Assembly (NCBI RefSeq): GCF_001194135.2
Contig: NC_068996.1
Location: 30,425,208 to 30,460,288 of the forward strand
Length of the DNA: 35,081 nucleotides
Direction of reading: 5' to 3'
Source: Octopus bimaculoides
Lineage: Eukaryota
Made by a program: the position numbers and the translations under genes. Positions 11,975 to 23,689 of the stretch are shown here, piece by piece (the first letter of the stretch is position 1; every line of letters begins with the position of its first letter). The notes under the pieces were generated by a model. It saw only the letters and a list, made by a program, of their open reading frames with translations. It had not been told where the DNA came from and searched no databases.

Positions 11975-13261
11975 GGACATTTTATAAATGCTAAAGGAAA
12001 ATTTATTAGCTACTGCTTTCAAAGACAAAAGACAGATTTTATTTCTGTCTACTGATGAACAACCTGGTGTTGGTGCTGAGGGGAAACTCCTGGTGAATAT
12101 TTGTTATAACAAATATATGGGTGGGGTTGATAAATCCGACCAATATCAGGCATATTACCCAGTTGATCGACCTGGGAAGAAATGGTGGAGGTACATTTTG
12201 TGGTTTTTAGTTGATTCATATATTGTATATATAAAAAGCCACAAGGTACCTCTGCCAACAAAGGACTACGACCATTTAAAATTTTGGGTTGACATCACAT
12301 CTCAGTTACGTGAGAGCTTTTCTTCTAGAAAACACAGAACTGGGAGAAAAGCAAAATTAACTGACTTTCATAAATATTGACTTTCATAAAGTCGAAAAAA
12401 TAAATGGAAGAAAAAAGTTTGCAGCAAAAAAGAAAAAGGGTTGAGACTTTGTATATGTGTTCCTTTTGCAAAGTGCTCTTGTGTAAAGGGTGCTTTGGGC
12501 AATGTCATGACAGAAATATGTCATAACTATATTATTTTATCATATATTCCTTTTCATTTTATTACAAATAATATGTGAAAGTGAGAAACACATTAATATT
12601 CAGTATGTTGCACACCTGTATTCACCTTTGTCTCACTTGTTAATGAGCTTTTTTATTAGATGCATTGTGTTACATAAATGAATTCATTAAATTGTATAAG
12701 AGTACATAGCTAATGGTATATTGACCAGTAAAAGAGTTTTGTAATTTATTTTTATGAAAATATTTGAATGAAATATAGAGAAAGAATAAAATCTTGTACT
12801 GATTACACCTGTATTTTAATTAATTCAAATTAATGTACTTCATCTTGAAAAATGTAAAATTGTTGGCGGTTGACATCTGGGATAATTTTAGTAACAAATC
12901 AGACAGGTAAGATGGATTAAGAATATGAATTTTAGTGTTTATTCATAATGTTATTGTTTTTACATCTGTTAACTAAATTTACCTACCCATAAAAATAAAA
13001 TTTAATCAGAAATATCAGCTAAAATTGCGTAACAATAAACCACTGGCATATAAGCACCCATTTGCAAAATTTCAAATCTGTATGTAGAAAATTAACAAAG
13101 TTACAAGCAAATATTGTGGATACCCCCTTTTGAACCTGAATAAATCAAAATTAATGTGAACAGATAAGCATTACATTCAACAAATTAATGTGAAAAGTTA
13201 AATTCCTTGAAGAACATGTAAAGTAATTTTTTTATGGTAAAAATCTGTCCTGATTTGAATT

Positions 13262-14100
13262 TGTATGTTGTGTTTTCAATAAGATTAATGCAGGTCCCTT
13301 TGGAATTGCATCAATCTTATTGAAGGCACAACATATACATTATCAAATGTCAAGACTGTAATGAAGATAACATAGGTCAAACAAAGTTTACTATAAGAAA
13401 TAGACTTGACCGTTCACTGACAACAGATATGAGACCCCAGTACTAGACAGATTCCACTGAGTGGACATCTTTGTGAAAAATAAGTCCCCTAAATTCCAGG
13501 TCTTCCTACTCTATCTATGTTCAGTGAATACCACAGATGAAGCAAGATAAACAAAAAGAATAATTTCATACCAAAGTACAAACCCAGACTTAACAAACTT
13601 TAACAAAGTACATACACAAATAACTATTCACACACAAAACTCACTCTGACACTTAGCATGAGGAACCTACACAGCCAAAAACCTAAACTTTAGCCACTGG
13701 ACTACACATAAACAGCTCCTGTCTATTCGCCCGCCAGACAGATTAAATTTGGAGTGTCTTGATTGTAACTAAACATGATCACTCAACTGTGTTGGCCTTC
13801 ATTTTAGGTGCAAAATATACTGCCACATGACACTAACGCATGGATGTAGTGGGAAACATACAGAAGGTTCTAAACTTAATCACATCTTCATTGCCTACAA
13901 AACACTTGACAGAAAACATTCAGAGCGTTGATTGTTCAGTCAACTGTGTTAGCCTTAACTTACGACACTAAAGATTGTCACTTAATACTAACACACGGAC
14001 GTAGCGGGAAACCTACAAAAATTTCTAAGACCAGTCATGTGACTATCCTCTACCAATCAAACCCTATTCGAAACATATACTAATTTGAGCCATGAATTCC
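13262..14100 (+). mobile_element. Penelope-like element 3' part (GIY-YIG endonuclease relic plus 3' region)
   Basis: From 13336 YIIKCQDCNEDNIGQT..IRNRL, then (frameshift) TVH*QQI*DPSTRQIPLSGHL and KYKPRLN; typical PLE GIY-YIG with CxxC. Confidence 0.8.
13752..14039 (+). repeat. Two diverged tandem units of about 157 bp
   Basis: TCAACTGTGTT at 13783 and 13940; shared CTAAC.CA.GGA.GTAG.GGGAAAC.TACA..TTCTAA. Confidence 0.7.
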
Positions 14101-14419
14101 CAATAATAATAGGGCAAGCTTCAAACACTAGTAAGAAGCAAAACAGCAGCAACATAAGCCACATCTCTCTATTTAAAATTTTTGAAAATCAGTATAAACT
14201 GTGAAACAGGTTAAACCTTTAAATATAATAATAAAAAAGATTTTAATTTTTCTCAGTGCATTTTCAACTTCTATTTTCCCTATATATATAATATGCAAAA
14301 AGAGACTGACAATAAATCCCAGACTTAAACAAAATAATATGTCCTGTAGTTGGTTTGTTTGACTGAACCCTTCAAGTGACTAAGACAAGTTTAGGATAAA
14401 AGACATATATATATATATT

Positions 14420-14662
14420 GCAATTGTGGCAGATACCAGTGTCAGGCAAATTGGCACCTGTGCCAGTGGTATGTAAAAGCACCCTGGTGTAATGCAAATA
14501 GCACCCGTACCACTGGCACGTAAAAGCACTCATAATACTCATAATTAGGGCATCCTAATACTGGAGTCTGGTGCAGCCTTCCAGCTTACCAGCCCAGTCA
14601 AACCATCCAACCCATGCCCCAGCATGGGCAACAGACGTTAAATGATGATGATGATGATGATA
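14420..14662 (+). mobile_element. RTE 3'-tail / SINE-like element
   Basis: Repeated GGCACGTAAAAGCAC motif, CCAACCCATGCC, (GAT)n tail. Confidence 0.8.
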
Positions 14663-15110
14663 TATATATGTATATATCCCATCATTATCATTGGGACAAA
14701 TTGATGAGGGCTAATCTCAGGATCTTGAACCATATGGAAAAGATGACAAAGAACAGGGGTGGCTGACTCACTCACCTCAACAAACTGAGATATCTGAAAG
14801 TGCAGTGTGTGTATATGCACAACTGTCCTTTCCCATTTTACTCCTCAAGCCATTCCCATCACCCATCTTTCTAACTCCAGTATTCAACTGTTATTGTGAG
14901 CAAAACTGCACACTTTACCAGTATTTCCCTGATACACTTACCTTTCTCACTACCCAGAACCATTTCTTTTGATGTGTAACTGTCATTCTTAATTCTGTTG
15001 TCTCCACCCATTTTATAATGATCATCTTTGTGTACCATTCAATCATCTTTCCTTCTCCATCACCATATATCTCTCACTCTGTAACCTACTCAACCACACA
15101 TCATTCATCT

Positions 15111-15141
<31 letters not shown>

Positions 15142-15399
15142 ATCCTCTGTGTGTGCACAGTATCATTATTACTATTCCTCTACTCTTCATTCCTTTCTGT
15201 ACTCTCAGACTTCTCCTTTCCACTGCCTCCCTGCAACTTATGTATCAAAATATCACATGATGGTTGTAAATGAACTTTGTCATATAGGCAGTGTTATTCA
15301 TTTCCAGTCTTCCATGAAAAACATGTCTGGCCATAAGGAAATATTACCTTGTTTGGAAACAGGTGAGGGTTGGAAAGCATTTGACTCTTGTAAATATGA

Positions 15400-15750
15400 A
15401 AAAGTAGATTTTAAATGATGGTGCGTGTGTGTATGAGTGTCAGAATATTTGAAGAAAGATCTTAAACTTGTAATTATATTTAAAAAATCTTAAAAAAACA
15501 GAATGATGCATATCTTTTGGAAGGAGTTTTTATAACATGCAAGCATTTTTGCTGTTTACAGCTTTTCAAACACATTTTATGGAGTAGTCCCTAAAGGGGA
15601 AGTTGATTTTAGTGGTGGTGTTGACTATTTCTATTTTAGTTTCAGATTTAGAATGCTTATAATATATTCTTTTGCCTTTTGTGGTTGATCATTTTCCCTC
15701 CTTTATTGTGGAAATTGGGAATATTTTGAATTTTCCACTTGTAATCATCC
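15400..15750 (-). mobile_element. Penelope-like C-terminal / 3' fragment
   Basis: Minus strand SGKFKIFP ... LNLKLK* followed by an AT-rich 3' region; parallels the C-termini of the other PLE relics. Confidence 0.5.
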
Positions 15751-16215
15751 ATAATCCTAGAAACCATAGCATCTTACTTTTGGCTGAATGAAACCATCCA
15801 CTTCTACACCATTCATAAGATCTCAAAAAAAATAATCAAAGAGACATAAATTATCAACAATCAAAGACAATTACCAAATCTTGAATAACTTTTAACAAAG
15901 GTGAAATTCACTTTAGAAGAAAAAGTAAAGCAGGTAACAAAATGTGGAAACCTTTGTTGTGGCACATTTGAAATAATAGAACAGAGCAAAACCCCAAAAT
16001 TCGAGTATGGAAAGGAATTGCAATACAAAATATCTCATTTATTGCATCGCTCGCCTGTAATGCACTGAGAATCACATTGAGTCAAACTGAATCAAACTAC
16101 ATTGGGTTGTGGTACTTAAGCAACAAATCAAAGATTCATCTCTTTGAAATGTTTCTTGTAGAGAACATCTAACAATTTGTACTTCTGGAAACCTCAAAAT
16201 ATTCCCTTTTTTCAA
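15750..16215 (+). mobile_element. Penelope-like GIY-YIG relic
   Basis: RQLPNLE*LLTKVKF..TKCGNLCCGT; CNTKYLIYCI; QQIKDSSL*NVSCREHLTICTSGNLKIFPFFK. Confidence 0.8.
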
Positions 16216-16432
16216 AATATATACATATGTGTATGTGTATGTATACACACTATGTATATACTATTTGCTTAAGTAAACATACACAATATTTACATGGTTA
16301 TCTATAAGTACACACATAGTTATACATGTATAAATATTTAAATACATACATACATGTGTGTGTGTGTGTATGTAAATATATGTGTATACACACACACACA
16401 CACACACACACGTATATTTACGTGTACATGCA

Positions 16433-16590
16433 CAGGCATGGCTTGTGAGAAGTTTGCTTCCCAACCATGTTGTCCTGGGTTCAGTCCTACTGCATGCTAC
16501 CTTGGGCAAGTGTGTTCTACTATAGCCTCGGGCTGACTAAAGCCTTGTGAGTGCATTTAGTAGTCAGGAACTGAAAAAAAAAGCACTTTG
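16433..16590 (+). mobile_element. tRNA-derived SINE (second family)
   Basis: B-box-like GGGTTCAGTCC and core CTTGGGCAAGTGT; same family as 30241-30405; flanked by (TG)/(CA)/(TATG) microsatellites. Confidence 0.75.
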
Positions 16591-16725
16591 TATGTATGTA
16601 TGTATGTATGTATGTATTTACATACGTACATACATTCATACATATAGACATAGTGCTTTTTTTAGTTCCTGACTACTAAATGCACTCACAAGGCTTTGGT
16701 CAGCCCGAGGCTGTAGTAGAACACA
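16511..16725. repeat. Inverted duplication of the SINE 3' half (arms 16511-16590 and 16649-16725)
   Basis: Arms match except for a few substitutions and indels; the spacer is (TATG)n followed by (CATA)n. Confidence 0.9.
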
Positions 16726-16737
16726 TATATGTATGTA

Positions 16738-17588
16738 CATTCAGGCTATAAATTTGACAGTTTGCATAAAAAGAAAAGGAAACACAATATCCTATCAAAA
16801 ATAAAAGTATTTTAAAAATCAAAAAATATCATCTACATTATGGTGGGGCATGTAGCCTCAGTTTCCACCATAGCCACAAGACAGTTCTGGGTCCTGGCAC
16901 ATGTATTCCTCACTGTGTCTCTGGAATGATCTTTGAATACCTTCTTGATCTTGGTGTTTTAGGCAGAGCAGTTGGTGTATTTCTCCACTGCATCCACACG
17001 TGGGATTACAATGAGGGGAATTAGGAGGCCAGAAATTGGGGCTTGTGAAATCACAGCAATTCTCCAACAACCACTTCTGACTCTTTCCAGAGGATTGGTA
17101 AGGAGTTGAATCCTGCTACCACATATATGGCCTTCCAGCAGCAATCCTCTCCAGTCAGGGATTGACCACAGAATCGAGCAGCTTCATATAGCCATTTGAA
17201 TTGAGCCTAAGGCCCGGTTCAAAGATATGAGGATGAACTCCGGCATGTGGATAGTCAGAGCACCTGCTGTGTCCCTTTCAACTCGCCATGGCTTCATAGT
17301 CTCCATTGCAAGTGTTCGTGTCATGTCTTACAGCCTTTACAGTGTTCACAGAGCATTGAGCATCAGTCATGATGTCAGCATTTTGATATCCACCATGAAT
17401 CATCATGATACAGGTAACTCTTTTCCAATATTCAGATGGCTTCCAGTCCTCCATGTCAGCTAACTTTTCCTCAACTACAACTTTAATCTTTATGCTCTCC
17501 AATACCATTTTTACTGTTTACCAATACACTGAGCTATTCCTGAAAAAAGGAGATAAAAATCATCAAATTTATCTCAAAACAGTTCGTG
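16738..17588 (-). mobile_element. Tc1/mariner-superfamily transposon relic (DD37D/maT-like), internally deleted
   Basis: Minus strand LNSNGYMKLLDSVV.PWL..GRPYMW*QDS-like and FWPPNSP motifs; N-terminal HTH-like ORF 17278-17508; TA at both ends; termini share ATAAATTTGA in inverted orientation. Confidence 0.8.
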
Positions 17589-17619
17589 TATATCTGTGTG
17601 TGTGTGTGTGTGTTTGTGT

Positions 17620-17830
17620 CTGTGTTTGTCTTCCACTACTACTTGGCAACCTGTGTAAGTGCGTTTACATCTCTGTAATTTAGCAATTCAGTGATAGGGA
17701 CTGATAAAATAAGTACCAAGCTTAAAGAGATATGTTCTGGAGTTGATTCATTCAACTAAAATTCTACAAGGTAGTGCCCCAGGAAGGCTGTAGTCTAACA
17801 GTTCAAATAAGTAATAGATTAAAGATAAAG
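17620..17830 (+). repeat. Interspersed repeat (SINE 3' module following a (GT)n tract)
   Basis: AAAATAAGTAC..GATT..TTCA.CTAAA..CTTCAA shared with 30445-30600. Confidence 0.5.
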
Positions 17831-17866
17831 ACATGAAGATATACATACATTTTTTTGTTGTGTCTG

Positions 17867-18136
17867 GGGAGAGTCATTCTCTTTTAGTGCCTTATTATTT
17901 AACACACTTACCGGTAAAGTTTCCACTCATTTACTTATTTATTTTTCCTAAAATTTTTGTTGCGTCATGCAATCTTTTCAATAGAATGTAGCTCAGATAA
18001 CAGACAGAGTTAATGACTGTTGGAAAGGTTGCAAGACGCAACAAAAATTTTAAGAAAAATAAATAAGTAAATGAGTGGAAACTTTACTGGTGAGTGTGTT
18101 AAATAATAAGTCACTAAAAGAGAATGACTCTCCCTT
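17867..18136. repeat. Fold-back element: inverted arms of about 117 bp, spacer of about 35 bp
   Basis: Arms 17867-17983 and 18018-18136 are reverse complements with few mismatches. Confidence 0.92.
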
Positions 18137-19399
18137 CACACAATAAAATATGCTTCAACACTCGAACTCACATAAAGAATCTTGCAAACCAAATCCAAAA
18201 ATGAAAAGAAATATACATATTTTGTGAGCAAAATGCACAATAGAGGTGTCAGTATACTATAAGTTAATTTTGTTAAGTTAGCTAGTTATGTTTAAGTGGA
18301 AGGATTCTTTTAGAAATTAAACAATCTTAAGAGTTGATGTCTACATCAGAATTTGCTCTGATTTCTTCAATTAAGTAAAATTTTAAGTAAAAAATTTTAA
18401 AGTCCTTCTGCTGTCCAAAGCCTGCTTTCTTTTTATTTTCTGTGTATGCCTGTGCAGTGGCTACAATACTCCATTGTAGTTTTAAAATAATACTCTTAGA
18501 CCTTAAATTTGATTTATATATCCTTTTAGTGAAATTGCTTACATAATGTTTTGTTATTAAATGTATATTTGTGCATATAGCAGCCCTTAAATGGGTTTGA
18601 TGTGGAGCTTGTATAATTTCAAATGTCATTTTATTTTTGTTACATTGCATTTGTATATTACATTGCATAAGAGTTACTTACCTTCTAAGTAACAAAGAAT
18701 GGTTGTTCTATAGTTACAGGTAGGGGTGATTATTTGAGTTTGTGAGATTCCTGTAAACTTGTATTTTTCCAAACTGTTAATTAGGTTTTTGTTCCTTAAT
18801 GTTTCTAATACTATTACTACTTGTAGTCAGGTCAGAGATTTCATTACCAGTTGATGAGACTTGCTACTGTAAATCAGTACTATTTGTTCCATGGTCAAAT
18901 GATCAGTGACTAACCCAGCTCTCCTACTTGAGTAGGTTGCCATTCTTGTGAGGAAAGTATCTGGACACCTAGCTGGACTAAAAACAAGACCTATGCAAGA
19001 GTGGATACCCTTCCTGTGGGCCAACGACCATTCATTTGGGAAAGGCAATGGCAAACCACCCTAACATCCTTGCTACGAAAACATTATGAGAAAATCAGGC
19101 TTCATTTGATGGGAGAACTCACACTTAATCAGGAAGATTTTTGTTGTAGTGTCATCAGTGCACTGCAAAAGTGTACAGTACATGACAATGAGGACTATTA
19201 CAACTACTACGTTTAGTTCTGGTGTTAGTGCTTATGATATTATTTTTAAGATTGCTCTTTTTGACTGTTGGATATATGGAAATTTTTCAATCTGAAAATG
19301 TAGTGTTAGCTTTCCTAATTTTGGGTTTTGTGCAAGCAAAGTTTATTTCACTCATTTCTTTTTTAGAATAGCCAAAGTTATGATATCTCAAGTAGTTAT

Positions 19400-20450
19400 T
19401 TCGTAGCTTTTACTTCCATGTTAGGTATTCTATAGGTCAACCCTAGTTAAGCTGTTCAAAAAAGCATTGAATGCTGAGATAATGTGTCATACTGGTTAGC
19501 AGTTACACATCAATGCCTGCAGCTAAAAACAGGATGCTTATGGCCAAAACCTATAGGCTCATGTCATGCTTGAATGTGATGTATAAATTATACACAGGCT
19601 TCTTGAATACATTCCTCCTGGATCACTCTGAAATATCTAATGGTTGAAGAGCAAGCTGAAAAAAAGAAAGGAATTTGTGACTGCACCACACAACTCCTCA
19701 TCAAAAAAACAGTCTTTAAGGAACACCACTAAAACCTGCTGGATATATGGCTAGACTATAGCAAGATGTTTTACTCTGTTGCATATTCAAAGATAAGAAA
19801 ATCACTATACCTTACTAAAGTTCCAACTGCTAGAGTCAATACCATTAAGTCTCTGGCAACAACATGGGCTATAGAACTGTCTTTGAGAATTGAGACTGCT
19901 ACTATAATCACTAACAGACTTAGGCTGTCAATAGGAATACTTCAGGGTAACAGTTGATCTGCAATGCTTTTTGCCTTAGAAGGACTAGGGTTAGGGTTGT
20001 CAGCCCTGTTAAGGAAATACAAAGGCTACCTGGTAGAATCTGTAGACTAGAAATATTGATTTCAGCCACACCATTTTGTTGATGACCTTAAGCTGTTCTT
20101 GAGTAATACTCATGACACCAAAAAGTGGTTAAAACTGATGACAGCTTTCTCATGGGACATAGAAATGAAGTTTGATCAGAACGAGCATCATATTTGATAG
20201 TTAAGTGAGAAAAGAACATCAACCAAAAAAGGAATATGGATATCAAAGATCTATCTCTCCTATCATCAGTGATGAATGTTAAGAATACCTTGAAACTGAA
20301 GAGAATATTTCATATGTTGGTGCTGTGAGTAAAGCTAGAGTAGCCAATTACTTCAGCAGACTTTGGAAAATATGGAAGTTAATGCTGTCTGCATCTAATA
20401 TAACCATATTCCATCATGCTTTCATGATGCCGGGCTAGTACCAAAAATAA
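19400..20450 (+). mobile_element. R4/Dong-like (RLE-type) non-LTR RT relic
   Basis: WLDYSKMFYSV resembles WIDYKKAFDSV; GILQGNS resembles GIFQGDS; HHFVDDLKLF (20069-20098); KIWKLMLSASN. Clade assignment is inferred. Confidence 0.65.
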
Positions 20451-20459
20451 ACTCTCTTA

Positions 20460-20960
20460 AATGCTTGTGTAGCTCATCAACAGCTTTTGTTACAAAAAAG
20501 ATGATTAGCAAGGGAGATGGTTGCTCTAAAAATATAGTAGCTATGGTAAGAACAGACTGGGAAAACTTCATTTCACTACTGCCACTGCTAGCAACAAGGT
20601 CTTTTCTATCAGAGTTAAGAGCATACTATATGACATTTGTATTAGAACCGTAATGCTACATGTAGTGAGACATGTGCTTTGATTGCTTAGGACTTGAGAT
20701 GAGAAAGAAATGATGCTTGCACAGTCCATTGGATGTGTAATGTAAGTGTACATTGCTCATATGAACATGGGAACAACTCATATGAACAACTATACAAAGA
20801 AGTGCTGATTGCTTAATGTGAATGAAATTTGCAGAAAAGGAAACCCAAGAAGACATGGCACAAAGTGATGAAGGCTTATCTGAGGGCCTAATACCTCACA
20901 GAGATGACATAAGAGTGGGATGACTGGCAATATACAGTATTCTAGATTTGTCCACTTCAG
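20460..20960 (+). mobile_element. RTE LINE relic (post-RT region)
   Basis: GDGCSKNIVAMVRTDWENFISLLPLLATR parallels GGGCSKSVAVRI..WAKLRELLPLL at 6420-6480. Confidence 0.75.
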
Positions 20961-21749
20961 TGGAAGTATAATGTGTGTATATATGCATAGCTGTCCCCAT
21001 CACCCAAGTTCCCTGTCAAGGCAACCCCACTATCCATCTTTCTAATCTGTGTTAGTCAGCTGCTGTAATTAAATGTAAGCAGAACTGCATAATTCACCAG
21101 CTTTTCCCTGATACTTTTCCTTTTTAATACCTCAAACAATTTCACTTGTTATCCATTCTTCCCTCTTAATACTGCCATCTCCACTCCTATTTTACATTGA
21201 TCACCCTCAACTACGGGTCTTCTCTCACTTCCTCTCATCCTCCACCTGTTTATTGTACTATTATTATTCTGCTGCCCTTCACCCCACTCCTTTTTCTGCA
21301 CTATTAGTCATTTCCTACTTTCCTCCCACCTCCCCAACTCTTTTGTATCATTAGCTACCCTCGGTCATTCACTACATCCACCCCATTAATCTCATGCAAT
21401 TTTTTCAGTTGTCACCTACTCTTTCCTACCTTGTCTAATTATCATTCTTCATCACCTGTTCTTCATTATATTTGCTCACTCCCATTTATAACTGCCTCTC
21501 ATGCTCCCATACACTGTTACAACCTTTACTCACCTCTTACCTTGCACATCCACCCTGACACCTCCTCACCATTATTTTATCTCTTTCTAGCTCTACCGCA
21601 ATCACTCTTGTTGTCTCTCTTCTTTAATGTGAGTGACCATGTTACTCCCCTAAAGAAAGAAACCTATTCTGGCCCCTTCTCACATCCTTTTAATCCATCG
21701 CCTTGCATAAAGCCATCTCCCTCTCAACTGTATTTCCACTTAATTGAAA

Positions 21750-21980
21750 AGGATCTTAGTCTTGCAAGCTGCATGGTGACCTCACTAGTGCTGGTGCCAT
21801 GAGAAACACATCCAATATACTCTATAAAGTAGTTAGGAAGTGCATCTAGTGATAGATAAAATGCTAAAACAGACATTGGACTCAAAGTTGTTGGATCTTG
21901 CCAAACTGTCATACCTATACCAACAAAGAACATAAGTGTTAATATGGTGATGATGATGGTGGTGGTGGTGGTGGTGGTGA
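21750..21980 (+). mobile_element. Old RTE 3'-tail element with (GAT/GGT)n end
   Basis: TAGTCTTGCAAG..CCTCACT.GTGCTGGTG..GTTAGGAAG.GCATC; related to 25410-25636. Confidence 0.55.
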
Positions 21981-22519
21981 TGATACATAACCTATAGATT
22001 TATTGCTGTAAAAATGTACTGATCAGTGTACAGGAAAGGTGCTGAAGAGAGAAAGAGCATAAAAGAAGTAAAATAATGAATTCAAGAGTATAAGTGAGTA
22101 TATTGAATTCTATCCTAGTGGAATATTTGCACTCTTAATTTCTTAGAAAATAGCAAATTTTTGTGACATTTTTAATCTGAATGTAAAGCATTAAAAAAAA
22201 ACATGTCATTTGATATGGTGTTGTATATCAGGACAATTAATCATTACCCCCCTCCCCCAATGACAACTACTCCCAGGACAATTATCCCCCTTGGTTAATT
22301 ACTCCCTCTCCAATATATTAAGAAGTTTTAAATCATCATCTGGGGTAATTGTCCTTGGTGGGTTATTTATTGTCCATGGCAGGGTAAATGTCCTAGATTT
22401 ATGGTGTCTAGATGACAAGTAAGGCAACTTGTAATTAAACATTCTTTACTCTACATTAGCACCACAGAGATTGCCATATTCCTAACCACCAGGATAAATT
22501 TTCAATCCCTCTTCAACTC

Positions 22520-22950
22520 ACATCATCATCATCATCATCATAATTTAGTATCTGTTTTCCATGCTGGCATGGGTTGGACAGTTTGACTGGAACTAGTAAG
22601 CCAGAAAACCACCAGGCTCCAGTCTTTTTTTGGTTGATTTCTATTGCTGGATGCCCTTCCTAATACCAACCACCCCAGAGTGTACCGGTTGCCTTGTATG
22701 TGTCACCAGCATGGATGCTTTTTATGTGCTAGTGGCACAGGTGCCTTTTACATGTCAATGGCACGGATGCCTTTTGTGTCACCAGCATTGGCCACAACTA
22801 CATTTTCACTAAGCTTTACGAGTCTTCTCAAGCACAGCAAATCACCAACTGTCTTGGTCACTTGTCATCACCTCCATGAGACTCAACATCCAAAGATCAT
22901 ATTTCACCACCTCACCCCATGTCTTCATGGATCTACCTCCACAGTTAGAG
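22520..22950 (-). mobile_element. RTE LINE 3' end with (GAT)n tail
   Basis: (CAT)n at 22520, tail consensus, and C-terminal relic TVEVDP*RHGVRW similar to 5290-5420. Confidence 0.8.
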
Positions 22951-23689
22951 ATGTAGACAAATATTGTATTAAACTTCAGCAAATTAGTACCATATCCAGC
23001 CTATTCTATTTGAGGGCTACTTATCAAGGAAAACAATAACCTACAATAAGGAATGCTTCACTGATGATAAATCTAGGAATATTTTGTTGAATTTGGCATA
23101 TTATGCTCCATTTCTCAAAGAAAGTGCATCAACCAAAAATGCTAATTTTAATCTGATTAATAATCATTATTTCTTTTACTTTTATTACTAGTATCCTAAA
23201 CTGCTGGAAATTGTATACATACTCTCTCATCATAATGTTTCTTTCTCTTTCCCTCCCTCTTTCTTTCTCTCCTCTCTCTTCCCCCCTCTCTCTTGTTCTA
23301 TCTCTTGCATTCTCTTTATTGTTCCATTTATATATCTAATCTCTCAACAGTTCCATCTGTGTAAATTCTTACTCTTCCCAGAACACAATAGAATGTTAAA
23401 ACATGCTGTAAAGTGGTTTGTGATAGGTAGGGCATCCAACAATCAAAACATTGAAAATGTTGCAGTCTTATCAATGAAAATCCTTAATAACCCATTCGGT
23501 ATGACATCATGTTAGGGCTACACAATATAGTAAAGTGGGGAGGTAAGAACATCTGCCTATGTGTGAGAATTCTTCAACTACCATCAAACAATTGCACCAA
23601 CTCTCTACCTTTCAGATGCAGAAAATAGACACCAAATAACCAAAACATTACCAGAAACTCCTCTCTCCCTCACAAGTGTAAAACATCAG

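Larger units (their letters stand above)
10407..12520 (+). pseudogene. piggyBac (PGBD4-like) transposase pseudogene
   Basis: Acidic N-terminus MASASSDSDFEGF; ETNKYA; LSVDDAMIGYK (first D); YMPAKPTKWGIKVW; LYFDCFF (second D); YNKYMGGVDKSDQ (third D); C-terminal Cys-rich ETLYMCSFCKVLLCKGCFGQCH. In-frame stops at about 11065 and 11985, plus frameshifts. Confidence 0.92.
8551..13197 (+). mobile_element. piggyBac-superfamily DNA transposon (decayed, with nested insertions)
   Basis: Left end TTAA|CCCTTTAGTG (TTAA at 8547-8550). Transposase relic at 10407-12520. Tentative eroded right end ...GAAAAG|TTAA (13198-13201). Confidence 0.7.

Noticed and set aside
10407-12520. Domesticated PGBD gene
   Set aside because: Stops, frameshifts, an RTE-tail insertion and a retained TTAA end indicate a dead transposon.
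18682-18750. Possible 69-bp minus-strand exon (AG ... GTAAGT, one open frame)
   Set aside because: Weak polypyrimidine tract, unrecognised peptide and no partner exons; expected by chance.
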